64,000 bases of DNA from Podarcis erhardii (Eukaryota), in the NCBI GenBank assembly GCA_964252035.1, contig OZ176204.1; one strand, given 5' to 3'. The notes beneath the pieces are model-generated. The model searched no databases and was not told the origin of the DNA. It saw only the letters and a list, made by a program, of their open reading frames with translations. The position numbers and the translations under genes were made by a program. Of the stretch, positions 23,171-34,640 are shown piece by piece. Position 1 is the stretch's first letter; each line of letters starts with the position of its first letter.

Positions 23171-25964
23171 ACTTATTTTTCTACAAATGGGTGTTTCTCC
23201 CTCCCCCCTTTTTCTGCAAGCATATAGCTGTCTTCTTGGAAACCCCCTTCAGGTTCTTGGTTTCAAATTCTCAGCCTGAAATTATAAAATAGCTTGGCAG
23301 AGTTTTCCCTGCATGCGCTTCCTCTCGCAGTAAACTTTTCTTCTACGCAGATCTCATTCGTTTGACCAGAAGTTGTGTGTGGCTGGCAGGAAATCACAAG
23401 GGAGCTGCACTTACTAAAAGTAGTTTGTAGCACCTTTAATTAAAGGTGTGCCCTCAAAATGGTCGCCCACAAAAATTAGAACTCTGTTAATTTCCCCTGG
23501 GATCTTGACAAACATCTATGAGAAGAAAGCCGGAGACAAAAATTAGGTAATGAATCCTCGTATCTGATAAAAGATATGGTCCTTCCAAGCACTGCTGCAC
23601 CAGAGTGTTTATTCTTGGGCACATATTTTGCATATTTGTGTATTGCTGGGAGTGGTGTTCTTAAAATGTGTGGGGAAGCATTGAACTCTCATAGGAAATA
23701 GATATTTCTCATGATGGTGTGTATAGACAAGAACTGCATTACTAGTTCAAAACCTTTTGAAAGTGGAGTTGACATGAGATATGCATTGCCAAATATCCTG
23801 AAGACTAAACAAACCACTTTGCAGAGATTCAATATTGTAGTATCTGTGAATATATCACTAGTTTGCTTTATAGGTGAAATTCAGTGGGCATAAATTGAAA
23901 CTTAAAGTTCTTGTGGGCCTCCCTTTGTACAGAGGAATCTGTTCCCTTTTGTAGCCCTCAACATCACTCTGCCTTTCCAAAATGAATATTCAAAACTGGC
24001 CCAAAAGAGTGCATTTTTAAAAAACTGTGTAGGGTACATTTAGATGTGGAGATTGTTGCATTACTTTTTTCTGGTTGCAATGTTAGCACTTCTGTCCTCG
24101 TTTCTAATGTTACTGCATTAACTGTTGTGTTCTGAAACTGTGGCTTTCCATATACTGCCGTGTTACACTAAATTCCATTCACACCAGTGAACATGGTGTG
24201 ACACAACAGTGGACATCATCAAACATGCCGCCACTTTTTATGTGCATGCACTCTTCTGTTCCCCTGTGATTCACCCAGGAAGCTGGCAGGAAAGAACTGA
24301 GTGCCAGAATACTGCCCTAAATTTCATCACATAAGCAGCAGTGAAAACCACAGGGAAATTTCAGTACAAAACTCCTGTGATTATCCAGGTTAATGGGGTT
24401 GCAAACAGATTTTTTTCTGGAAGCATTTTGCGTGCAAATGAGTGCTAAACTTCCACTAGATTTCCTGAATTGACATGTGAAAGATCACCTAAAACACTAA
24501 AATTATCAGGTAAGGAAAATGGAATAAAGTGCTGTCTGAAGGCAGCCATAGTAAATGCCTGACACTTGTTGACATAGGAAGATTCTAAGAAGATTTAAAG
24601 AAGAATGAAGTAGCTATATAGCTGGTAATGATCTGCAAGCCCAGTCTGCCAAATCTTTTAAAAGGGATATAAAATCTCAGATGGAGTTTAAGCTGGTATC
24701 TAACCATCAGCATGCATCTGTCAACTGCAGAAGCCGTTCAGCATGTTGGCAGTATTAAAATTATAACTACCATCAGACACAAGGTAGACCAGGCATTAGA
24801 GCCAGTCTTTGGTTTCCTAGGATTATAGGAGATATGAATTTCAGGTTGTAGACTCCTCTGTCTCCTTTAAAGGATCCTTTCATTTAGTTTCAACAGACTT
24901 CTCTGTCTTACTAATTCAGCACCTGAGAACAGTATGGACTGGCTGTTGTGCCGAACTTTCTTTGATAAGGCATCCTCACAACTTTTTACTGGAGCTCAAG
25001 GACAGGCAAGGTGTTGCTTTCACTGGCTCAGTGAAAGCCAGCCAGGCAAGCAGCTGTTCTGTTATTTAGTAAGCTTGGCTCTTCAAGCTACGTATTGGTG
25101 ACTGTGATCACTTTAGCTATCCGGTAGAATGGTACACAGCTAAAAATGCCTGCTAGTGAAGTGTCCCACTTTGGGGATGCAGAACACCTGGACAGATATG
25201 AAAAGTTCCAGAAAGGGGATGGGGTTCTCAGACAGGTAGACCTTTTCCTTCCCCTCATCATCCAAGACACGGATGATTTGAATGCTCTCTAGCATTGAAT
25301 CTTAGGAAGTCACTGCTTTCCCACTTGCTCCACCATCCCTATATGAACTGGAAGGAGTTGCTTTGCCGCAGCAGTTTTTTCCTGGTGGGCTGCTTTCCTT
25401 CAGAGGAGTTGGATCTGTCATTCATTCTGATGCATGTGTTGAATTAGTTTCCTACTTCGCAGATCTTTTGAACACGTGCAGCAGGCTTTGTGCACATGAC
25501 TCCACACCCCCTGCTATGAGTAGATAGTTGGCTGGTGGTGGTGGGTGGCCAGAAGGTAGACTATATTAGAAGGTGAACCTGACATCAAAAACACTAGCTT
25601 GTGAAACTCTGAGTTTAGTGCTCCTGAGATTTTCGGACCCTGAGAATGTTCAGGCCCTTCAATGTGCACATAAGGTCTTGACCAGTCTTGTTGGGATCTC
25701 CCTGGAGGTGTCTTGCCAACCTTTTTTCTTAAGTGAAGTACCATTTATCTATTGTGACTTTTCTGTGTTCAGTACTGGGGGGGGGGGGTCCGCTTTTCTG
25801 CTATGGTCAATATTGACTCTGCTATGGTCAATATTGTGCCCAGGTTCATGTTTCCTTTATAATTATAGTTGAACAAACCTAATACTGCCTTCCAGGAACT
25901 GATGCATTTCCATCGTGATGCTGTACTTGGCTCAAAATTGTTCTTTAACTTGTGGAATAAGAAT

Positions 25965-25968
<4 letters not shown>

Positions 25969-26010
<42 letters not shown>

Positions 26011-26024
26011 ACACACACACACAC
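25969..26024. repeat. Compound (TC)n-(AC)n microsatellite
   Basis: Directly visible. Confidence 0.95.
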
Positions 26025-27357
26025 TTATCTTTGGGAGATAATTTCTCAAATGGAAATAGAAAGTGTTATAACTAATGTAAAACTAAGATGAAGTTTACTT
26101 AATACCCACAAGTATTCTGCCTCCATGAAGCATAATTAAAATCATCCGAAGGGTTAGGCTTTTCAGTTTCTTTACAGTGGCACGTTGGTCATAATCTAAG
26201 TATGAGGCTATTTTGCCTTAATTTGGAATATTTTACATTTTCACAGTCTCCCCCTTCCCCCACCCCTAGTCAGAGTTATTTGCAAAGGGACTGAAGAAAG
26301 AATGTGCACGTCTCCCCTCCCTTTCCCCTTCCCACATTCTCCAGATTTTGATAGAAGATTTGTTTTATTTATTTCCAAAATTATATCCGCAGGAAACAAG
26401 CCGTTTAAATTCAGATTATGCTGAATCAAAATGGTGCTGGTATGAGAAGCAACGTGCTGTTTTATGAGCACGGAGTCCCTTTTCTCATAACTGATTGATA
26501 GTAAATATTTTCCTGAAGAGTTATTGCCAGCCATGAACAGTGCAACTGTTTCACTGGGTTTTTTTTCTCCTGTAGTACTTGCTGTACCAGCCATTGTCTG
26601 TAATTAAGATCTACAATTCACAATGCAGACGTTTGCACTTCCTCTGGGTCTGAGCTATTTATAAGGTATTTCAGCTGTTCAGAGTTTCTTTTGAGTGCTA
26701 AACTACATGTAAACAGGCATTTTTCTCTCTCCAGTATGCACACATTGTATATCAGTTGCCTTTATTTCAGCCTCCTCCTTTCTTGGAAGCTACTTTACAT
26801 GTTGGGTTCATCATGAAATAAATCAGGGTAGAAATCGTTCTCTCCACCCCCAACCTCCACTCCAGTGATTTTTACAAACCATTGCACCCTCCCCCAGCCT
26901 GTTTTCAACCAAGGACCTCTTAAATGCTAGGGATACCCAGCCACTTTTGCCATTAATGGTTCTACTGAATTAACAGATGAGTAGCAAAAGAGTGGCATGC
27001 TAAAGCTTTCAACCTTATAGAACTGGAGGTAGAAATAAAAAAATCTCATGATTCAGTCTTCCTTCAACCCACTTCTGTCTCCCTTAGGAAAATATGCAGT
27101 TATCTGTGAGTCACTTGACACAGACAAGATTTTCCTTGGTGATCATAGGGAGAAACTGTACACATCCTCATGTGCAACGATCATGTGTCTATTTAATGAC
27201 TTATGTCTGAAAGCAAGCATAATTTAAAAGGGCGATATTTATGCATGTTTCATTGGTAATGTACCATTTGTGGTCTTCTGAACCGAACACCGCCTGTTGA
27301 CCTTGCAGATGTAGATTTAAACCACAGCTCTGCAGTGGAATTCATGGACAAGTTATA

Positions 27358-27690
27358 TAATTATTATTATTATTTATTATTTATACCCCGCCCATCTGGC
27401 TGGGTTTACCCAGCCACTCTGCGCAGCTTCCAACCGAATATTAAAAACACAATACAGCATTAAACATTAAAAACTTCCCTAAACAGGGCTGCCTTCAGAT
27501 GTCTTTTAAAAGTAAGATAGTTGTTTATTTCCTTGACATCTGATGGGAGGGCGTTCCACAGGGCGAGGACCACTACCGAGAAGGCCCTCTGCTCGGTTCC
27601 CTGTAACTTCGCTTCTCGCAGTGAGGGAACCGCCAGAAGGCCCTTGGCGCTGGACCTCAGTGTCTGGGCTGAACGATGGGGGTGGAGACG
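27358..27690 (-). mobile_element. L2 LINE 3' end (relatively young)
   Basis: Minus strand encodes ...QRAFSVVVLALWNALPSDVKEINNYLTFKRHLKAALFREVFNV* followed by 3' UTR and (AAT)n tail; same family as 49030 and 56540. Confidence 0.85.
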
Positions 27691-28137
27691 TTAGTTGCCT
27701 TAGTTTTCCTATCTGTAAAGTGGGGAGAACAATGGCGTATTTCATGAAATGGTGGCAAAAATCCACTTCCTGGGCATAAGTCATCAAGCTGGAACATCTG
27801 AATGACCTTTTTGGATAACGGCCTAGTGTGCTGCAGGAACATCACCAGACCTAGAAATCTGAGGGAAGAATTTTGGAAGGGAAACTCTGTTCTAGCCTTA
27901 TCCGCTCTTTGGCTAAGTTGAGAGCAAGTTTACATGGGTCTGGATCAGCTCAGAAAGGCTCTTGTGTCTTTGTCCCTAGGAGGAGTAATAATGAGAAGCA
28001 AGTTCCTCATCAGGCATGTACTGCAGCATTGCCCGCTGATGCATGCCGGATCACCCGCATACAGGGATCACGTGACCACTCCAAAAGTCAAACGATCAAT
28101 TCGCCTCGTTTTGGCTCTGTAGTTAATGCACAAACAG

Positions 28138-28493
28138 NNNNNNNNNNNNNNNNNNNNNNNNNNNNNNNNNNNNNNNNNNNNNNNNNNNNNNNNNNNNNNN
28201 NNNNNNNNNNNNNNNNNNNNNNNNNNNNNNNNNNNNNNNNNNNNNNNNNNNNNNNNNNNNNNNNNNNNNNNNNNNNNNNNNNNNNNNNNNNNNNNNNNNN
28301 NNNNNNNNNNNNNNNNNNNNNNNNNNNNNNNNNNNNNNNNNNNNNNNNNNNNNNNNNNNNNNNNNNNNNNNNNNNNNNNNNNNNNNNNNNNNNNNNNNNN
28401 NNNNNNNNNNNNNNNNNNNNNNNNNNNNNNNNNNNNNNNNNNNNNNNNNNNNNNNNNNNNNNNNNNNNNNNNNNNNNNNNNNNNNNNNNNNNN
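28138..28493. other. N-run (356 bp)
   Basis: Directly visible. Confidence 0.99.
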
Positions 28494-29836
28494 GCACGTT
28501 TCTCCGACTGTGGCATGGCGCACCATTTTCCATGCAGGAATTCTGAGGAGTAAAGCTTGGCAAAGCCTCTCTAAAGAGGAGTCCATTAGGAGAGGAGGGG
28601 CCAAGCAGTACTGAGAACCATACTGCTCTGATTTACCCCGTATGGTAGAAAAACTCAAAACGGCTTGTAAAAAAGAAATTCGCCAAAAGCAACAAAGAAA
28701 AGCCCAGGACAGATTTTTTTCCTTCTTATTTCTTAAAATTAAAAATAATGGTTAACACAAGAGATTGCTATGTTCTACTAAAAATGAGGCGGTGCCCTAA
28801 AGGAGTCAAAACTGCCCAAGAGAGATTTTCTCTCTCTCTCTGGAATCCACCAATTTGTGTTTTTGTTGCTTGTTGCTGTGCTTAGATTTGGAACCGTTAA
28901 CTTTGAATTTCCCTGGTTGGATTTAACTTTTTTAGTGAAATATTGTGCATCCTAACTGTTCTGTTGGAGCCTTTACAAAGAGCTAATTTAGATATTTGTA
29001 TAGAATTCATTTTCATGTCCTGTCTGCCACAGAACAAGACTGTTAGTGCAACTGATGTGCCTGGCATATAAGGATTCTTGTTTTGTTTCTTTACAAATGC
29101 TTCATTTAGTCATATGGTTGTGGAAGCTTTGAACACTAGTTTCTGTCAGTTATATCAGCACTCAGCACTGCTGTGGAACTATAGTCTCCTCTAACCTCTG
29201 AGAAGGTCTCTTTCCATGTATTGTTGAGGCACCAGGTAGCAGCACAAAGCCATCTCTGCAGAAGGTCCTGGTTGAACTTGCTGCCTTATCGATCAAGTAA
29301 AGCTGTAGAGTCTTTTGACCTTCAGAGAATCTGCTGGGTACTCACAACAAGATGTCTGACCTTGGGAGCAGCTCTTGAGAATGTAGAACGTTATTGATGT
29401 GTCTTGTGTACCTTGTTGTGCTAGGATACTGCTTAATATTTTGAGTTGCAGAAGTGCAGGGGTTTTTGTGTTGGCTGTTTTATTGATTGCCATATTTCAA
29501 TTTTAAAGCACATTTGTGTTAAATCTGGTCAGAAGGTTACACAGTTGTCTGCCCTTGGTATTGTGTGCAAATTCACATTCAGATTTGCAGGATGGCCTTT
29601 CCTAATGCCCGAACTGCAACATTTTCATTGTTCCTAATCTGCTGTACACATCAAGATGCCAATTAACTGTGTCAGGGCAGCAAGCTTTCTGCTGCTCCTG
29701 GAATTAGTCTAATAAATACTGCCTCTCAGCTGAAGCCTCTTTCTTTCCGTTTGAAAAGAAAATGCTATCTTACTTTGCTGGAGCTTCACATCAATAAGCT
29801 GCAGTGTCCTAATAAAGCCACTCAGTGTCTAGGTTT

Positions 29837-30000
29837 NNNNNNNNNNNNNNNNNNNNNNNNNNNNNNNNNNNNNNNNNNNNNNNNNNNNNNNNNNNNNNNN
29901 NNNNNNNNNNNNNNNNNNNNNNNNNNNNNNNNNNNNNNNNNNNNNNNNNNNNNNNNNNNNNNNNNNNNNNNNNNNNNNNNNNNNNNNNNNNNNNNNNNNN
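29837..30000. other. N-run (164 bp)
   Basis: Directly visible. Confidence 0.99.
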
Positions 30001-33000
30001 GTCACATTAACTTCAACCGCATGGAAAAGATCAGGCGGAGCAAACGGGGATCCTGCCCAATCGGAACACTGAAATTAATGAGAAGAGCATTGTTCTGTGA
30101 TCAACCTTTTAATTAGCAAGACGGGAGACAGAGGGAGTGATGACGCCGGCAGCACAGCTGCGCAGTGACAGGCATGCCTCCTGCAAAGGGGAAGGGAAAA
30201 GCACACGCTTTAAATTATCCTGCTCTCTGCTGCTTGCCCACCAGCAGCATAGCTTTGTTTTGAACCCTTTTCTCAGAGCTGTGCAAACAATGCCTGCGTT
30301 TATTAGAATACTCTAAGCCACTTACTCCCTAGCATTCGTGTCTGCGACCACTCCTGTCGTGGGGAAAATGTGATTTTGAAAGTTTTGGTATATTTCACAT
30401 TTGAACCAGAGAGGGGTCATTATTCGGTAGCAGCCTGGCCCATGTGCCCCTCTTGCTTTTCGGCAGCTGCCTCATAATAAGTCTTTCCCGTTCAAAGGAC
30501 TGACACACCGTTTGTTTGTGTCAAATGGGGTTGGCGATGAATTGTGGCACTATCCTGCTGTCTGAGTTGCTGTGCCTTTCCTCACTATGGCTGTGCTAAA
30601 GGGTGTCATAGAAATGTAGGCTGTGGGTGAAAAGTTCAGCCTTGCAAAGTGTGCAGAAGATGCGTTGAGGATTGAAGTTTAATAACTTCCTGTCCAGGTC
30701 CTCTTTATGAGTGAGGTTTGAAGGAAGCAGAGAAGGCAAAGGACAATACTGAGAGGATGGCGTTGCGGAAGAGGAGAAAAGCACAGAAACGTTTAATACT
30801 CTTTTAAGAAATCAAACAACCAGCATTTTAACCCACATCCATAATTAAGCATTAAAGTGGTCCTCTTGTTGTCTCTTGTGTGCGCATGCACACACAGAGA
30901 GAGCATTTATCCTCCCCCCACACACATAGTGTTGCTTTTCTGTATCTGCTAAATTTGCACATTCTCTTTCTGTATTGGCACAACAGCAGTACGTGGTGAT
31001 TTTTCAAGCAACTGTGCTAATTGTGGACAATGAACTGAAACTTTATGCAACACAGTAAATGTGTGGTTGCCTCCTCTGGTTTGCACGCAACTTCTGTTTG
31101 ATTTGTTGAGCATTGTGCGCTACCTGGAAGTACTGAGATAAAAGCAAAACAGGACCCCTCCTTCACAAAGTCCTTAAATGCCAACCAGTTGTGTACTCAA
31201 TTGGCCTAGTCTTAACTGCTCAAATGAAGCATTTGTCCTTGATGCAGGAGACCATTACTAAATACTGTCTAAGAAACTGACTGTCTTCAAAAGGTTAAAG
31301 GTATTAAGAATGCAAAGGTATTCCTAAGGTTGGAGACTTACAACAAACAAAGACTAGATTATTTTTCAAATGTTCCTTTATGAAGAGTTCTCCATAAAGG
31401 AAGTTTTCTAATACAGTATTTTTAAAGTTATTTTTGGTAAAACTAAAATAACAACCTATTTATCACTGTATTCTTTAGAAAGCAGTTTACCTGTGGGCTG
31501 TGACTAAATGAGAATTTTCGGTTCTCAGATAACTTTATTTTGAGGAAGCTATAGGCAAGGAGAATAAATGTTTGTTTGAACGCATTCACTCTTGACACAT
31601 TGGTGTTGCGCTGAAATTCTGTAGTGAATGTTATGAAACATTATTGGTGATACTGTTTATCCTGGGACTACTTATAGAAAAATTCATGGGGAAACCACTC
31701 TTTAACATAAATAGAACTTAAAGCATACATTCTTTCCCCGCTCATATTTGGACTTTTTACTTCTCTTTTATCATTTGGCCCAGTTTGGTGCTTGAAAGCA
31801 TTGCTCTTTGAGACTCAACATGGCATCCCATGTTTGGGACTGTGAAGAGTCTCTGAAAGAATTACTGTTCTTTTCAAATGCAAGTAATTTATTTTTGTTA
31901 GTGGGTATGTTGAGGCTGACGGATGCATTATGCAGCTTTCTGATCACCCATGGTTATTTCCATGCCAATTCTGTTTGGCTGATCCCTTCCCTACTCTTAG
32001 CTTGAAATGGAGAAGGAAATAATTGCTGTAGCTTTGTATTAAACAGCAGAAGACTATCAGTGTAAAATATTTAATGCAAGGTATTAACATTTCCCCCTGT
32101 TTTGTATCAATCTAGAAAATGTTATTTTGTTAGTTTTGTGAGAAAGTAATTCTAGTTTACATAGTCAGGTCAGAAAATACAAGGCTTCAGTTTAGGTGAA
32201 TCCCCCCCCCCCCAACTGCCCTGTATAATAACCTATAATTTAAAAAATTGGTTGCTATGGCTGTGTTTGCATATAATGATATGCCAGTGACTCTGCTTAT
32301 TGTGGTTTATTATGCAGTGTGGTAGTGCATCCTGTCCAATCACTCCCAATTTGTTCCTCTCCTGGTGCAAGTGAGATAAACAAACCAGTACACCTTGTGT
32401 TTTCATTAAGTCTGAACCAGAGATTGTAGCTTGTTGCTCCCTAGCAAGCCAGGATCCATAAGGCAACAACAAACCATAGCTGAAGGTTGGCTAACAACCA
32501 TTACTTGTTAGGGAGCAGCAAACCACCATCCCTGTTTCCAACATAATGGGAAACGGGGAAACAAACCAGGAAGCCATTTGCTTTACAGCACTCCACAATC
32601 AGCCCAAAACTCCAGCTTAATGCTACGTGTGAAGGCAGCCACAAAAAGTGGCCACTAATCTGAACTAAACTGCATAGTAGATGCCAACATGTAATGAGCT
32701 GTTTATCTGAAGCAATTTCGCTAGCATAACATTCAACAAAAAATTAGCTAAACGGTGCATTTGTGCTGATATGATATAACTAGGCGTCTCTCATACGTTC
32801 GGTCAATTATCTCACCTCACAGGTGCAGCCAGAGAGCGGCTATGAATCTGCTTCACAGCTTTGACAAATGAGCTCATTGTTTTTTGTTCTTTTCTTAATT
32901 TTGGTTCATCTGTGATTCAAGTTTATCCTGGATTTTTAATTTTTCACGAGGTTGCCAAGATTTAAAGTCAGCCATATGAGTGCTGCGGTGGCAGATCTGC

Positions 33001-33356
33001 TTTTCCGTACAATTTGGGACCTCAAGACAGTTAACGACCATCAAATGTATGTTAGTCTATACTAAAATGTTAAGAACACATGGTTCATGAATAAAGCAGC
33101 AAGAGAAAGTAACTTCCTTTATTTAAAAGTCCAACTTTGAAGATCATCTCCCCCCTCCCCATGTCACATCATCATGAACTAGTATTGTAGGGGCTGTGCG
33201 TCAGGGCTGCTTCACAACAGGCAATCTTGATAGCTTCCACATATAAGCACAACAGGGTGAGTTTAGCAGTTTCATTTCTTAATTTCTTGCTTTTGTAGGT
33301 TTGAATCAGCCCCATAGTATGTTAATAAAGAGGAAGGAAGGAGTTCAATTTATACT

Positions 33357-33640
33357 GGTCATTAAGGATCCCTTGGTGCTTATCGCAAGAGTGAGGTTAT
33401 TAACCCTGATGTTCTTCTGGCCAAATTCAACTCGTGATGATTACATTCTGCGACCTAAATTACTTTTGTAGTTTTCACTAGAGAGATTGACTTTCGTGGT
33501 TTCTCCTGGAGAGAGTGACTTCTGCTTTTAAAAATGCTCTCTAACAAAGTGATTACACGTTCTGCCCCAGAAGTGGCGGCACCTCAGTTGAAGTGGCATT
33601 GTTCTTGGCACAGCTTAGGTGCCTTTTTGAGGAATTCTGA
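33357..33640 (+). mobile_element. AmnSINE1 (Deu-domain)-like ancient SINE relic
   Basis: GGTCATTAAGGATCCCTTGG..CGCAAGAGT..TTAACCC..CTGGCCAAATTC..GATTACATTCTG..ACCTAAATT and later CCCCAGAAGTGGC align colinearly with the recalled AmnSINE1 core GGTCATTAAAGATCCCATGG..CGTAAGAGT..TTAACCC..CTGGCCAAATTC..AATTACATTCTG..ACCTAAATT..CCCCAGAGGTGGC. Confidence 0.7.
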
Positions 33641-34157
33641 GCCCTCTGTTTAATAAACAAATGACACTATGTATTGCTGAAGGTCATCTAAAATTTTCAG
33701 TATAATACTAGAAAACAAATGTGCACTTAATTCAGTGCCACTCATTTAATATTTTACTTCACTGATCAAAATTTAACTCTACATATTTTATCAATCTCTC
33801 TTTCTGAAAGAGAGAGCACCAGTAGAATTTAAAATATAATAAATTAATAATGCAGAGGAAAGTATCAAAAAGTAAAAGTCTTGCTTTAAAAGCATAGCAT
33901 TCAAAATATGACAGAAACTGGTTATGCTGAACCTTAAACAAAAAGTGGTCAAGTGCAGGAAAGATTACCCAGCTGCCTTTTGCTACCTTGAAAAAAATAT
34001 TATTTCTAAACAGACAGTTCCATTTTTAGCCTACTTGAATAATTATTTTAAAGTATTTTATTATTGTAATTGGTACTTAAGGGAACTGATATGTTTTCCT
34101 GTTGTTGCCTCAAAAAGTCAGTCTGGGTGGTTATATCATCATCATTACTATTGCCAT

Positions 34158-34191
<34 letters not shown>
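34158..34191. repeat. (TAG)n microsatellite
   Basis: Directly visible. Confidence 0.95.
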
Positions 34192-34574
34192 CACATTTAT
34201 ATACTCTCCTTCTGTAGTTCTCAGGGTGGGTCACATGATACATTGTAGTTTCAGTTGTAGGTAATTGCTGCGATCATTAGTATAGGCTTTTTGTTATACA
34301 TAATTTCTTGCACTGTGTGGTGACCACTGCCCTTGATCTAGTTGATTTTTATATGGAAGTCATTATACCAAGAGCCAAACTCGATTAGACACCATTCATA
34401 CCATTAGCAATTGCATGAGTGGTTTTTAAAAGGTTAATAGCAGGCATAGAGAAAGGGTGATCCAGACTGAAACTCTAGAAAGGGTTTGCTCATTACTGCA
34501 GTCCCAATCCAGATTAGGTTTCTCCTGCAATGGGTCGGTATCTTGAGCCCACCCAAGGATGGCTGTGGGCAAGA

Positions 34575-34640
34575 TTTCTGCATTGCTGGGGGTTGGACTA
34601 GTTGACCCTCAAGTTCCCTTCCACCTTTATGATTCTATGA
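34575..34640 (+). mobile_element. CR1 LINE extreme 3' end
   Basis: GGGGGTTGGACTAG..TTCCCTTCCA....ATGATTCTATGA terminal octamer-type repeat. Confidence 0.75.

Noticed and set aside
25797-25834. 20-bp-period tandem duplication CTGCTATGGTCAATATTG
   Set aside because: Ordinary local slippage duplication; two copies only and no spacer structure, so not CRISPR-like.
27690-27745. MIR/Ther1 core-like fragment
   Set aside because: Match of about 45 bp is too short and degenerate to call without a profile search.
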